From the UHGV virus genome UHGV-0080740: a stretch of 23,502 bases of DNA; one strand, 5' to 3'. Position numbers and translations under genes: made by a program. This document shows, one piece after another, positions 16,876-23,502 of this stretch. Origin of the DNA: a virus. Below the pieces are notes generated by a model, which did not search any database, was not told where the DNA came from, and saw only the letters and a program-made list of their open reading frames with translations. The first letter of the stretch is position 1, and each line of letters starts with the position of its first letter.

Positions 16876-17232
16876 ATGGCTAAAATCGAGTACCATCGCG
16901 ATCGCGGTAATTACCTGGAAATATACGATCATGAATCTCTTAACGATATCAACGATGCGTTATATGAATACTGTGAAAAAACGAGCATCACAGATGCACC
17001 TGATGCATTTGTCGAGCTGCCGGTATATCTCCGCGACATCTATGCAATACGAACACCGCCCGTATCGGTGATTCACATTGGCTATGTCCGCCTGTCCATC
17101 GAAGAAGATGAAGATCGTTATATCGTGCGCCACTATACATTGGACAGAAAAGAACTTCCTAATGAATGGAACATGAGTAATTTCTACAACGGTGAATATG
17201 GCTTAAAATCCGCTAATAATTTACGGTCATAA
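16876..17232 (+). CDS. hypothetical protein, 118 aa
   Basis: ATG overlaps preceding stop (TGAATG), translational coupling; no recognisable domain. Confidence 0.55.
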   Translation: MAKIEYHRDRGNYLEIYDHESLNDINDALYEYCEKTSITDAPDAFVELPVYLRDIYAIRTPPVSVIHIGYVRLSIEEDEDRYIVRHYTLDRKELPNEWNMSNFYNGEYGLKSANNLRS

Positions 17233-17299
17233 TCTATACAGGCATGTATAACAACAACGAGCCTATTAGCTGTCAACAACGTTATTTCCTCAAATAAGA

Positions 17300-17342
17300 A
17301 AAAGCAGAAAACAAATTGTTTAAGGTCACAAATTGTGGCCTT
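17300..17342 (-). terminator. rho-independent terminator for a - strand small gene
   Basis: aaggtcacaa/ttgtggcctt hairpin followed on - strand by a U-rich tract. Confidence 0.5.
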
Positions 17343-17358
17343 GATGGAGGAGGGAGGC

Positions 17359-17580
17359 TTATTGGCTATGGCTAAAAATCAAATTAGACACTTCATGTTG
17401 CTGTAGCTCATCAAGATCCGAGGCCACAAAACCTTTTCCGAAAAACTTCACAAGTAACTCACTAGCCGCATCATTGTCACCTATTACACGAAAGTCATAC
17501 GGCAACGTCGCAAGTTGACGATGTAATCCTGCTGAGAAAGTCGAATCTAACAGCGCCCAGAATTCCCACCGCAGGATAAT
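17359..17580 (-). CDS. candidate small protein, about 73 aa, lacking canonical ATG (possible ATT or TTG start)
   Basis: Open frame ...IILRWEFWALLDSTFSAGLHRQLATLPYDFRVIGDNDAASELLVKFFGKGFVASDLDELQQHEVSNLIFSHSQ ending before the terminator; AAGAGG 5 nt before ATT at 17580. Confidence 0.25.
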   Translation of the reverse strand: MILRWEFWALLDSTFSAGLHRQLATLPYDFRVIGDNDAASELLVKFFGKGFVASDLDELQQHEVSNLIFSHSQ

Positions 17581-18077
17581 ACTCGCCTCTTAATACTGTA
17601 TATATGTTGTTACGATATGTTTTTCTGTCTCTAAAAAAAGATGTTTGAAGGGGATAAAAATATACAATTCCAACAAACGTTATTTTTAACAATTTTTTTC
17701 TTTGCGTTGACTTTCCCGGACACCTTGTCTGACCGAAGGTGCGCGAAAGCCACTTTTTCCTTCCTGAGTTATCCACAAAGTTATGCACTTGCAAGAGGGC
17801 CATTTTCTACATATTGTGGTGGCTAACAGATGAAATGAATGTAGATTAATTGAAGATAAGGAGAAAATTTGAGATGCAATCATGACGTTAATAGATAGGG
17901 TCTGCATTACAGACCCCACCCGCATCAAGGAATTAGCCGTTCCCTGATGTTTTTCCGAAAACATGTGCCGTAAGCTCACGTTAACGACTTTCATTCACCG
18001 AATCCAACTATATAGGGGTTGGGTTTCTACGTCAACGTGAGCAAGTGCACCTTTACATTTGACAAGGAACCACCTGA

Positions 18078-18215
18078 ATGAACGCTTTTTTTCAGTTCCT
18101 GAGTGCATTTTTAGATGCGCCTATTATTAGCCAGATTCTGGCTATTATCCTCATCATCGTTTTGATTTTGCTTTTAAGGTCAGTAAAAAATGGAATTATG
18201 CACTGGCTTACTTAA
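18078..18215 (+). CDS. candidate small hydrophobic membrane peptide, 45 aa
   Basis: MNAFFQFLSAFLDAPIISQILAIILIIVLILLLRSVKNGIMHWLT; SD AAGGA 9 nt upstream; below the ORF-track size cutoff. Confidence 0.4.
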   Translation: MNAFFQFLSAFLDAPIISQILAIILIIVLILLLRSVKNGIMHWLT

Positions 18216-18290
18216 TGTTTCAGTGAAACATTAAAATCTCCTTGATGTGGAAACAATCATTTTCTGTATGTGCTGGTGGGCACCTGTAGT

Positions 18291-18653
18291 TCAGCTTTCG
18301 TTGGCATTTAACTTCGTCTTTGCTTTCTCCACCAGCAACTTCCAGATGCCTATTTCATTAGCAGCCGCCTTGATGGCGGCATAAAAAGCATCTTGCTGAT
18401 CGTAACGCTGGATCTGTTTTTTCAGTTTTGCCTCCACCAATTTAATTTCATTACGTGCTTTCTGAAGCCGCATCACCGCCCGGTTACGTCTGTTCTTGTA
18501 TAGCGTGTTAATCTCTGACAATTGCTTTAATTTACCAGCCTGACTGCGGATTATCGCCTCCCTGGCTTCTGCCGTGCGTATCATCTGATCTCTTAAGAGT
18601 TCACCGTTTTCGATAATTCTTTCAAGGTGTTTGATGTGATCTGCAACTCTCAT
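18291..18653 (-). CDS. hypothetical coiled-coil protein, 120 aa
   Basis: Start overlaps stop of upstream gene; last gene of a - strand operon. Confidence 0.55.
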   Translation of the reverse strand: MRVADHIKHLERIIENGELLRDQMIRTAEAREAIIRSQAGKLKQLSEINTLYKNRRNRAVMRLQKARNEIKLVEAKLKKQIQRYDQQDAFYAAIKAAANEIGIWKLLVEKAKTKLNANES

Positions 18654-19531
18654 ACTTCACCCTCGCTTGTATCACCAGCGTCCACCAACGACAATAAAGC
18701 CCTGGCCATCTTATGAACCAACAGTGCATCAATAATGCCAAGCGTATGCCCCGGCTTAATGTTTAATGCTGCCTCAAGATGACACCTTTCCAGACCGCTT
18801 TTCTCGGCTTGTTTATGATGATATGGCGTAATAACGTCGCCCAAAACACGGCTAATTCTTTCTCGTAATTGCTGGGTGCCAGCACACTTGATCGCTGTAT
18901 CGTGGAGACGGTTAACCAGTTCGCGATAAACATGCGGCTTAATGCGGATACGTTCACCGGTGACGCCCTTTCCTGGCGTAGGCACCGAACTATCCGGAAT
19001 ATCCGGATAGTTGCCAGCCAGTCTACGCAAAACAGCCTTAATTGCATCAATACGGTCATCATCAACTTTTTCTACAATATTGGAATTTAAATACTTCGAA
19101 GCCTTGCTATGCCAATCGCTGGTTTTAGGGTCTTGTCCATCCATCAAACGCCAAGCTTCAGCGATTAACTCATAGCCAGTAACAGTGGCTTCCTGCGCAT
19201 CACCAATCAGTTGTGTGATCTCTCTTTCAAGCATGCTTAGAGCGTTAGGCATTGGTTTTTCTTCCGGTACTACTGGAACGGGGGGAGCGGCGTAGACCTC
19301 AATAATTCCATTATCAATAGGCCATTCTCCATCCTTGAGGTAGTCACTTGTGCCGTCAACTTGCTGTTCTGCAATGTGGAATGCACCTATTGGTTTTGCT
19401 TCCAGTGATGCCAGAGCAATTCGTGCCAGTTCTTCCGCTTCTTCTGCTGGCAGTACAACGTTGCTACCAGGTCCGTATGTTTCGCGCCACTGCTTGATTG
19501 TCAGTAGTCGCTCTTTGGTAATAGTGGTCAT
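18650..19531 (-). CDS. hypothetical protein, 293 aa
   Basis: Long ORF, overlapping start/stop with both neighbours. Confidence 0.6.
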   Translation of the reverse strand: MTTITKERLLTIKQWRETYGPGSNVVLPAEEAEELARIALASLEAKPIGAFHIAEQQVDGTSDYLKDGEWPIDNGIIEVYAAPPVPVVPEEKPMPNALSMLEREITQLIGDAQEATVTGYELIAEAWRLMDGQDPKTSDWHSKASKYLNSNIVEKVDDDRIDAIKAVLRRLAGNYPDIPDSSVPTPGKGVTGERIRIKPHVYRELVNRLHDTAIKCAGTQQLRERISRVLGDVITPYHHKQAEKSGLERCHLEAALNIKPGHTLGIIDALLVHKMARALLSLVDAGDTSEGEV

Positions 19532-20043
19532 GCCGCGTTTCCTTCTTTCTTATTAACAATTACACCGTCATATATTTCATTAAGGTGCCCTCTCAACTCC
19601 ATGCGCCTTAATGCAGATAACATGTAATCGCATTCAACCTGCTTATTTCCAGTAAATGGCTTATCGTCAGGATTACCCCAACAGCAATTACCCTTGGGCC
19701 ACCCATGTACTTTCCGTACTCTTCCGTTAACAACGTGAAGTAATCCCCAGCCAGGTGGTAAATCCTCAATTGAAATAATTCCCGGCTCACTAATAAAGAA
19801 TCGCCAGTCGCCCATTCCAAGAGACGGATTTTTACGAAAACGCTTTTTTCTATCTGCCAACAAGTCAGCACGAGAACACTTCGCCTCTATCAGGCATGAT
19901 GCTGAATTTCTGAATCCCATAGCATCTGGCTGTTCTCCGGTACTGGTTACAGCTATAAAGCGGTCATGAAAACAAACCTTGAACCCGTTGCGCTTAAGGA
20001 ACTTGTACGCAATCTGACAGAGTTCGCGGTGTGTTAACGCCAT
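19528..20043 (-). CDS. hypothetical protein, 171 aa, possible PD-(D/E)xK nuclease fold
   Basis: D-x(n)-EAK arrangement (PDAMGF...CLIEAKCS); fold assignment tentative. Confidence 0.5.
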   Translation of the reverse strand: MALTHRELCQIAYKFLKRNGFKVCFHDRFIAVTSTGEQPDAMGFRNSASCLIEAKCSRADLLADRKKRFRKNPSLGMGDWRFFISEPGIISIEDLPPGWGLLHVVNGRVRKVHGWPKGNCCWGNPDDKPFTGNKQVECDYMLSALRRMELRGHLNEIYDGVIVNKKEGNAA

Positions 20044-20044
20044 A

Positions 20045-20411
20045 TCACTCTCCTTTGATGCGAATGCCAGCGTCAGACATCATATGCAGATACTCAACTG
20101 CATCCTGAACCCATTGACCGCCAATCCCGTAATAGCGATGCGTAATGATGTCGATAGTTACTAACGGGTCTTGTTCGATTAACTTCCGTAGAAACTCTTC
20201 CAGGTCACCAGTGCAGTGCTTGATGACAGGAGTTTTCCCAGGATGGCGAACAACAAGAAACTGATTTCCGACTTCACGGACTTCGTTGCTTTCCAGTTCT
20301 GCTATCCATAAAAATGAAATGGACGCTAACGCCAGCTTTTCGCTGTGCTTCCATCAGATGAACGAGATAAGCCGATGTTCGTCCACCTGAAAAGCTGACG
20401 ACTTGATGCAT
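20045..20411 (-). pseudogene. PP-loop ATPase-like gene (SGGxxS motif) split by a frameshift
   Basis: Frame A MHQVVSFSGGRTSAYLVHLMEAQRKAGVSVHFIFMDSRTGKQRSP stops at 20274-20276; the -1 frame is open from 20353 to 20045; frames overlap 20274-20353. Confidence 0.45.
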
Positions 20412-20420
20412 ACTCACGGT

Positions 20421-20999
20421 TTATTCCTGAATGCGCTTAAACTCGATTACCCATACCAACGGGTTAGATAGCCAGTTATCCTGCCCGTAAATACTGCGCC
20501 AGATATCACCAAAACCAACGCGATAAACAGCTTCAGATGGCGTAATCTTGTACGTCGCCGGAGTTGCGCCTTCTGCTTTAGCATCTTCCTCGCTCATGTC
20601 ATGCAGCCGTTCCACACGCACGTCGGTAATTTCCAAAAGAATGCGCGATGCCCAGCGCGGCATGTGAATTGATGGCGTCCACTTTTCTGATACTGGTTTA
20701 TTACAAACCTCGACCGGAACCCGGTGCGTTTGTTCTGTCCAGGAGTTACGCACGCTTGCGCGATAAACCAGCGTTGCGACGTCCGTCGCTTTGCCATGTA
20801 CCCGGTAGGTTTCGCGAACCCAAATACGATCGCCCGGTTGACCATATGGACAATGCTTGGCAAGCAACTCTGCGGCCACTGCCCGTCCATAGAATTTTTC
20901 TTCAACAATCCTGCGAGTCTGTGTTTTATTCCCGCCAAGAATTGCCCGGACCATCTCATCGTTAAAAATCATGCCGCGCTCTTTCACTTCGCCTTTCAT
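20421..20999 (-). CDS. hypothetical protein, 192 aa, ASCH/PUA-like N-terminus (tentative)
   Basis: N-terminus IFNDEMVRAILGGNKTQTRR resembles the ASCH GxKxxExR region. Confidence 0.55.
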   Translation of the reverse strand: MKGEVKERGMIFNDEMVRAILGGNKTQTRRIVEEKFYGRAVAAELLAKHCPYGQPGDRIWVRETYRVHGKATDVATLVYRASVRNSWTEQTHRVPVEVCNKPVSEKWTPSIHMPRWASRILLEITDVRVERLHDMSEEDAKAEGATPATYKITPSEAVYRVGFGDIWRSIYGQDNWLSNPLVWVIEFKRIQE

Positions 21000-21008
21000 G
21001 CATCCCCC

Positions 21009-21095
21009 TTACCCATGTGCGACGATGCCGCCAAAAGTGATAGAGAACAGCCAGAAATAGATCGCGGCCATAATGATTTTGAATGCCGTGTTCAT
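21009..21095 (-). CDS. candidate hydrophobic micro-protein, 28 aa
   Basis: MNTAFKIIMAAIYFWLFSITFGGIVAHG; SD AGGAG 8 nt upstream; CCAATCAATCA just upstream of SD. Confidence 0.35.
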   Translation of the reverse strand: MNTAFKIIMAAIYFWLFSITFGGIVAHG

Positions 21096-21123
21096 ATTTT
21101 CAGCTCCTGTGATTGATTGGATA

Positions 21124-21149
21124 CATGCCGCGCCTTGCGGCATGTTTTT
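21124..21149 (+). terminator. hairpin plus T-run (+ strand terminator; on - strand a 5'-UTR stem-loop downstream of C1 operator)
   Basis: catgccgc-gcctt-gcggcatg followed by tttttatttt. Confidence 0.45.
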
Positions 21150-21177
21150 ATTTTCACTTTCTCTGTTTTAAAAATCA

Positions 21178-21194
21178 TTATTTATTAGAGCAAT
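21178..21194 (-). promoter_or_regulatory. C1 operator
   Basis: - strand ATTGCTCTAATAAATAA, 15/17 to consensus; at the 3' end of the HAD-like gene, upstream of the micro-ORF/ASCH operon. Confidence 0.7.
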
Positions 21195-21700
21195 TATTGT
21201 TGATGGAGAAGCGCGTTTTCATACTCCCTGACCATTAACGTAAGCACGCCGTGCCTCCTGAAAACACGCGCCACTTCAATCTTATCTTCCAGCGCGAACG
21301 CAATTTTGCTTAGACCAATTTTCTTAAGGAGATCAATCTTTGCTGGACCGTCATTTCTGTCATCGGTGGCGGGACGCATAGATAGCAAAGGCTCTGCCCC
21401 ATTTGTTACGTGCTTACGCAACCAGGCTCGTGTTTTATCCCTGGCTATCTCACAGCGCCCGGTTACAAACCAGAGCGTGTAAATGCTGGACAACTGGCGC
21501 ACCATATCAATAACTGGAGTGATGGAAGCATCAGTGTCACAGGCAAGGTTAAACTCGTTCCAGTGCTCTGTTAATGCACCGTTGCCAGGCGGTGGAAGTA
21601 AATGCAGCCTGTCTTCCGTTGCCTCCGATATCGTTCCATCAATATCTACTATGACAATGTACGGACGTTCCTGGTGTGCGTGTTTATTGAAAATACTCAA
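21194..21700 (-). CDS. HAD-superfamily phosphatase-like protein, 168 aa (TTG start)
   Basis: Motif I IVIVDIDGTI (DxDGT); strong SD GAGGAGGG before TTG. Confidence 0.6.
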   Translation of the reverse strand: MSIFNKHAHQERPYIVIVDIDGTISEATEDRLHLLPPPGNGALTEHWNEFNLACDTDASITPVIDMVRQLSSIYTLWFVTGRCEIARDKTRAWLRKHVTNGAEPLLSMRPATDDRNDGPAKIDLLKKIGLSKIAFALEDKIEVARVFRRHGVLTLMVREYENALLHQQ

Positions 21701-21716
21701 ATGCCCTCCTCATTGG

Positions 21717-21752
21717 ACGAAAAAAATGCTGGTGGGCGCACTCCACCAGCAT
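21717..21752 (-). terminator. rho-independent terminator between the 420-aa gene and HAD-like gene
   Basis: On - strand ATGCTGGTGG-agtgcgc-CCACCAGCAT followed by T7. Confidence 0.6.
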
Positions 21753-21772
21753 TAAAAGTGACACTGTAACTA

Positions 21773-23035
21773 TCAGCGAACGTAAATAGTGCCGCCGTTC
21801 ACTTTTTCCCATGCATCGCTAAGTGCATAGCAAACATCAAGAAGTCTTCTTGCCGCTGTTTCCTCTAAACCCAATTCGACAACCAACTGCTCATGACGGC
21901 GGGTAACCACATCAAACAGGGTATGCAGCCCTTTAGCTGCCAGATCATCAATAAATTCCGGTTCGAACGGCAGCTCTGCATCTGCCAACATAACCTCTTG
22001 CGCCCACTCAACTCGACGGACCAGTTCCGGGCGGCGGCTTTCCATCTCTTTACAGATCAATTCATGGAAGAACTCTACCCAACCTTCCGGCTGGAACTCG
22101 CGGAAAATTGCCAACGGCTGGAAGTTTGGCATCAACCATTCGTTGATTCGGATATCAATGGCATAGCCCATGTCGCAGCAGAACTGATAAGCAAAGTCCA
22201 GCTTAGAAACGATATAAGGACGCTCGTTATTGAACTCTTTAGGCGATGAGATCCCATAAGCCAGGAGGCGCGGGAAGAATGAGATTTGCCCTAACGTCGG
22301 ATGGAGTTTGCTTGCAGGAAAACGGCGCTCAGTAATGCCATACATTTCCTTCTTGAGCGTCGCAAATTTAGCATTTTCATTAACCAGCGCGGTAACCTCT
22401 GCTTTTTTATTAGCAAATGCCACGCGCGCTTCGCTTGCATCTTTAATAGTTTTTTTGAGCTGTTGGTTAAGATCGGCGACCTGCTTACGCAGTTCCTGTC
22501 GCTCGCTTTTAGCTTTGTTATAGCGTTTCTCAAGGTTAAAAGGATCAAGTTTCATGATCTCTTTATATTGAGATTTTAGCGTTGAAATCTGTGAGTTCCG
22601 CAGTTCAACCATCGCGGTCATTTCATTGAGTTTTGTTTCCAGCTCAATGCTTATACGTTCGGCATTATCAGCACGCTGGTTGGCGTCATGCGTCGCATCG
22701 TCGATCGCGTCCTGTTGCTGGCGTTTCAAATGTTCAATTTGCAGCTGAAGCTCTTCAATTTCTTTACCCTTCAGACCGAGATCCAACTGCATATTTTCAG
22801 CTGCATCTACCAGGGAGTTATGGCTATCAGCTTCTGCGTTATAAACATCAATAAGCTGTGCGTGAAGCATCTCCGCTGACTGAACCGCATTATCAAAAAA
22901 ACGCGCTGTGAGGTCATCACAACTAACGCGGCGTTGCGCGGCCCGGATGTTCTGGATAATGGCCGGGATACCGGCATTCAGGACGTCAGGGATAGATACA
23001 TTTTCGATTGATTGGTTTTGTGCTGAAGTGCTCAT
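21773..23035 (-). CDS. hypothetical protein, 420 aa, N-terminal coiled coil plus globular C-terminal domain
   Basis: Long ORF with heptad-like charged region aa 90-230; start 1 nt after stop of upstream 72-aa ORF. Confidence 0.65.
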   Translation of the reverse strand: MSTSAQNQSIENVSIPDVLNAGIPAIIQNIRAAQRRVSCDDLTARFFDNAVQSAEMLHAQLIDVYNAEADSHNSLVDAAENMQLDLGLKGKEIEELQLQIEHLKRQQQDAIDDATHDANQRADNAERISIELETKLNEMTAMVELRNSQISTLKSQYKEIMKLDPFNLEKRYNKAKSERQELRKQVADLNQQLKKTIKDASEARVAFANKKAEVTALVNENAKFATLKKEMYGITERRFPASKLHPTLGQISFFPRLLAYGISSPKEFNNERPYIVSKLDFAYQFCCDMGYAIDIRINEWLMPNFQPLAIFREFQPEGWVEFFHELICKEMESRRPELVRRVEWAQEVMLADAELPFEPEFIDDLAAKGLHTLFDVVTRRHEQLVVELGLEETAARRLLDVCYALSDAWEKVNGGTIYVR

Positions 23036-23036
23036 T

Positions 23037-23255
23037 TCAAAGTTCCGTATTAGCTTTTGCTTCGGTCATTTTTCCTAAGTATGAAGGAGGAAGGACTACG
23101 CAATTTTTATCCAGTCCCTCACCTATGGCAGCCTGTAAAATTCTGGCTAAGGTGAGTCTCTTGTTGCGATACCTGGTGATGACATGCCTGATACCGCCGG
23201 TCGGCGTAACAAAGGCGATCAGCCAGTAGTGATATTTCCGTCGGAATGGCCACAT
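23037..23255 (-). CDS. hypothetical basic protein, 72 aa, first gene of a C1-controlled unit
   Basis: SD AAGGTG 5 nt before ATG; operator-like site directly upstream. Confidence 0.5.
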   Translation of the reverse strand: MWPFRRKYHYWLIAFVTPTGGIRHVITRYRNKRLTLARILQAAIGEGLDKNCVVLPPSYLGKMTEAKANTEL

Positions 23256-23269
23256 AGTGCACCTTGTAG

Positions 23270-23286
23270 ATTGTTCTAATAAAAAA
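23270..23286 (+). promoter_or_regulatory. C1-operator-like site
   Basis: attgttctaataaaaaa, 1 mismatch in the conserved core. Confidence 0.5.
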
Positions 23287-23318
23287 CGTTATGAGTGTAC
23301 ATCACGTTTTAAAAATAT

Positions 23319-23335
23319 GGAATTATTAGAGCAAT
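23319..23335 (-). promoter_or_regulatory. C1 operator, inverted relative to the neighbouring site
   Basis: + strand ggaattattagagcaat. Confidence 0.65.
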
Positions 23336-23502
23336 ACTATTCTGATTCTCGCTCAAAAAACGCGCTAATGAGAGGAAGCCAATCCTCTGACACTTCACGC
23401 GGTCGCGGTTTGCCATGGAAGAAGATTATTCGGCAGTCTTTTGGTAATGATCTTACCCAGCAATAGTGGACACGCGGCTAAGTGAGTAAACTCTCAGTCA
23501 GA

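Noticed and set aside
17591-17611. Second LexA box at tactgtatatatgttgttac
   Set aside because: Only one CTGT half-site is present; the other half is TGTT rather than ACAG.
17495-17803. 102-aa - strand ORF
   Set aside because: Composition is not protein-like and it is out of frame with the terminator-bounded frame at 17359-17580.
20594-21116. Overlapping ORFs (20594-20959 -, 20648-20965 +, 20724-21116 +) across the ASCH-like gene
   Set aside because: Alternative-frame and antisense ORFs within a gene that has a coupled start and recognisable N-terminal motif.
21893-22879. + strand ORFs antisense to the 420-aa gene (21893-22249, 22301-22579, 22308-22523, 22633-22854, 22688-22879)
   Set aside because: Antisense to a long ORF that is translationally coupled to its upstream gene; no start signals.
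1-23502. tRNA genes and CRISPR arrays
   Set aside because: Scanning both strands for T-arm-like GTTCGAATC or GTTCAAATC contexts with acceptor-stem pairing found nothing convincing, and there are no regularly spaced direct repeats; a tRNAscan or CRISPR-finder run would be the definitive check.

Overview
This window is the immunity and site-specific recombination core of a P1-like temperate phage-plasmid, read in reverse relative to the conventional P1 map. Calls rest on reading the sequence and on recalled family knowledge; no database search was run. Confidently recognised: loxP (10942-10975), cre, ref, coi, c1, the phd-doc addiction module, humD with a LexA box, and at least ten C1-operator-like 17-mers. 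Left of cre, in order: a C1-operator-fronted small gene, ref, a mat-position gene, an AT-rich island, then lxc/bof-like (TTG start), a ulx-position gene and a 5'-truncated DarB-like helicase ORF abutting a RelE/Phd-type TA pair. Right of c1: a convergent KilA-N/KilAC antirepressor-like gene behind a C1 operator, then small genes leading to doc-phd-humD, an amber-interrupted LexA-proximal ORF, a 1-kb ORF-poor stretch with a small hydrophobic ORF, and two minus-strand C1-controlled units encoding HAD-phosphatase-like, ASCH-like, PP-loop-like (frameshifted) and PD-(D/E)xK-like proteins. The strongest candidate for something undescribed is the 1.7-kb AT-rich island (5944-7680) at the position where canonical P1 carries res-mod/IS1: a YdiV-like EAL-domain gene divergent from an unknown 166-170 aa gene. 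No lpa/terminase-like genes lie between c1 and doc, where I expected them from memory. No rRNA, tRNA or CRISPR array was found.
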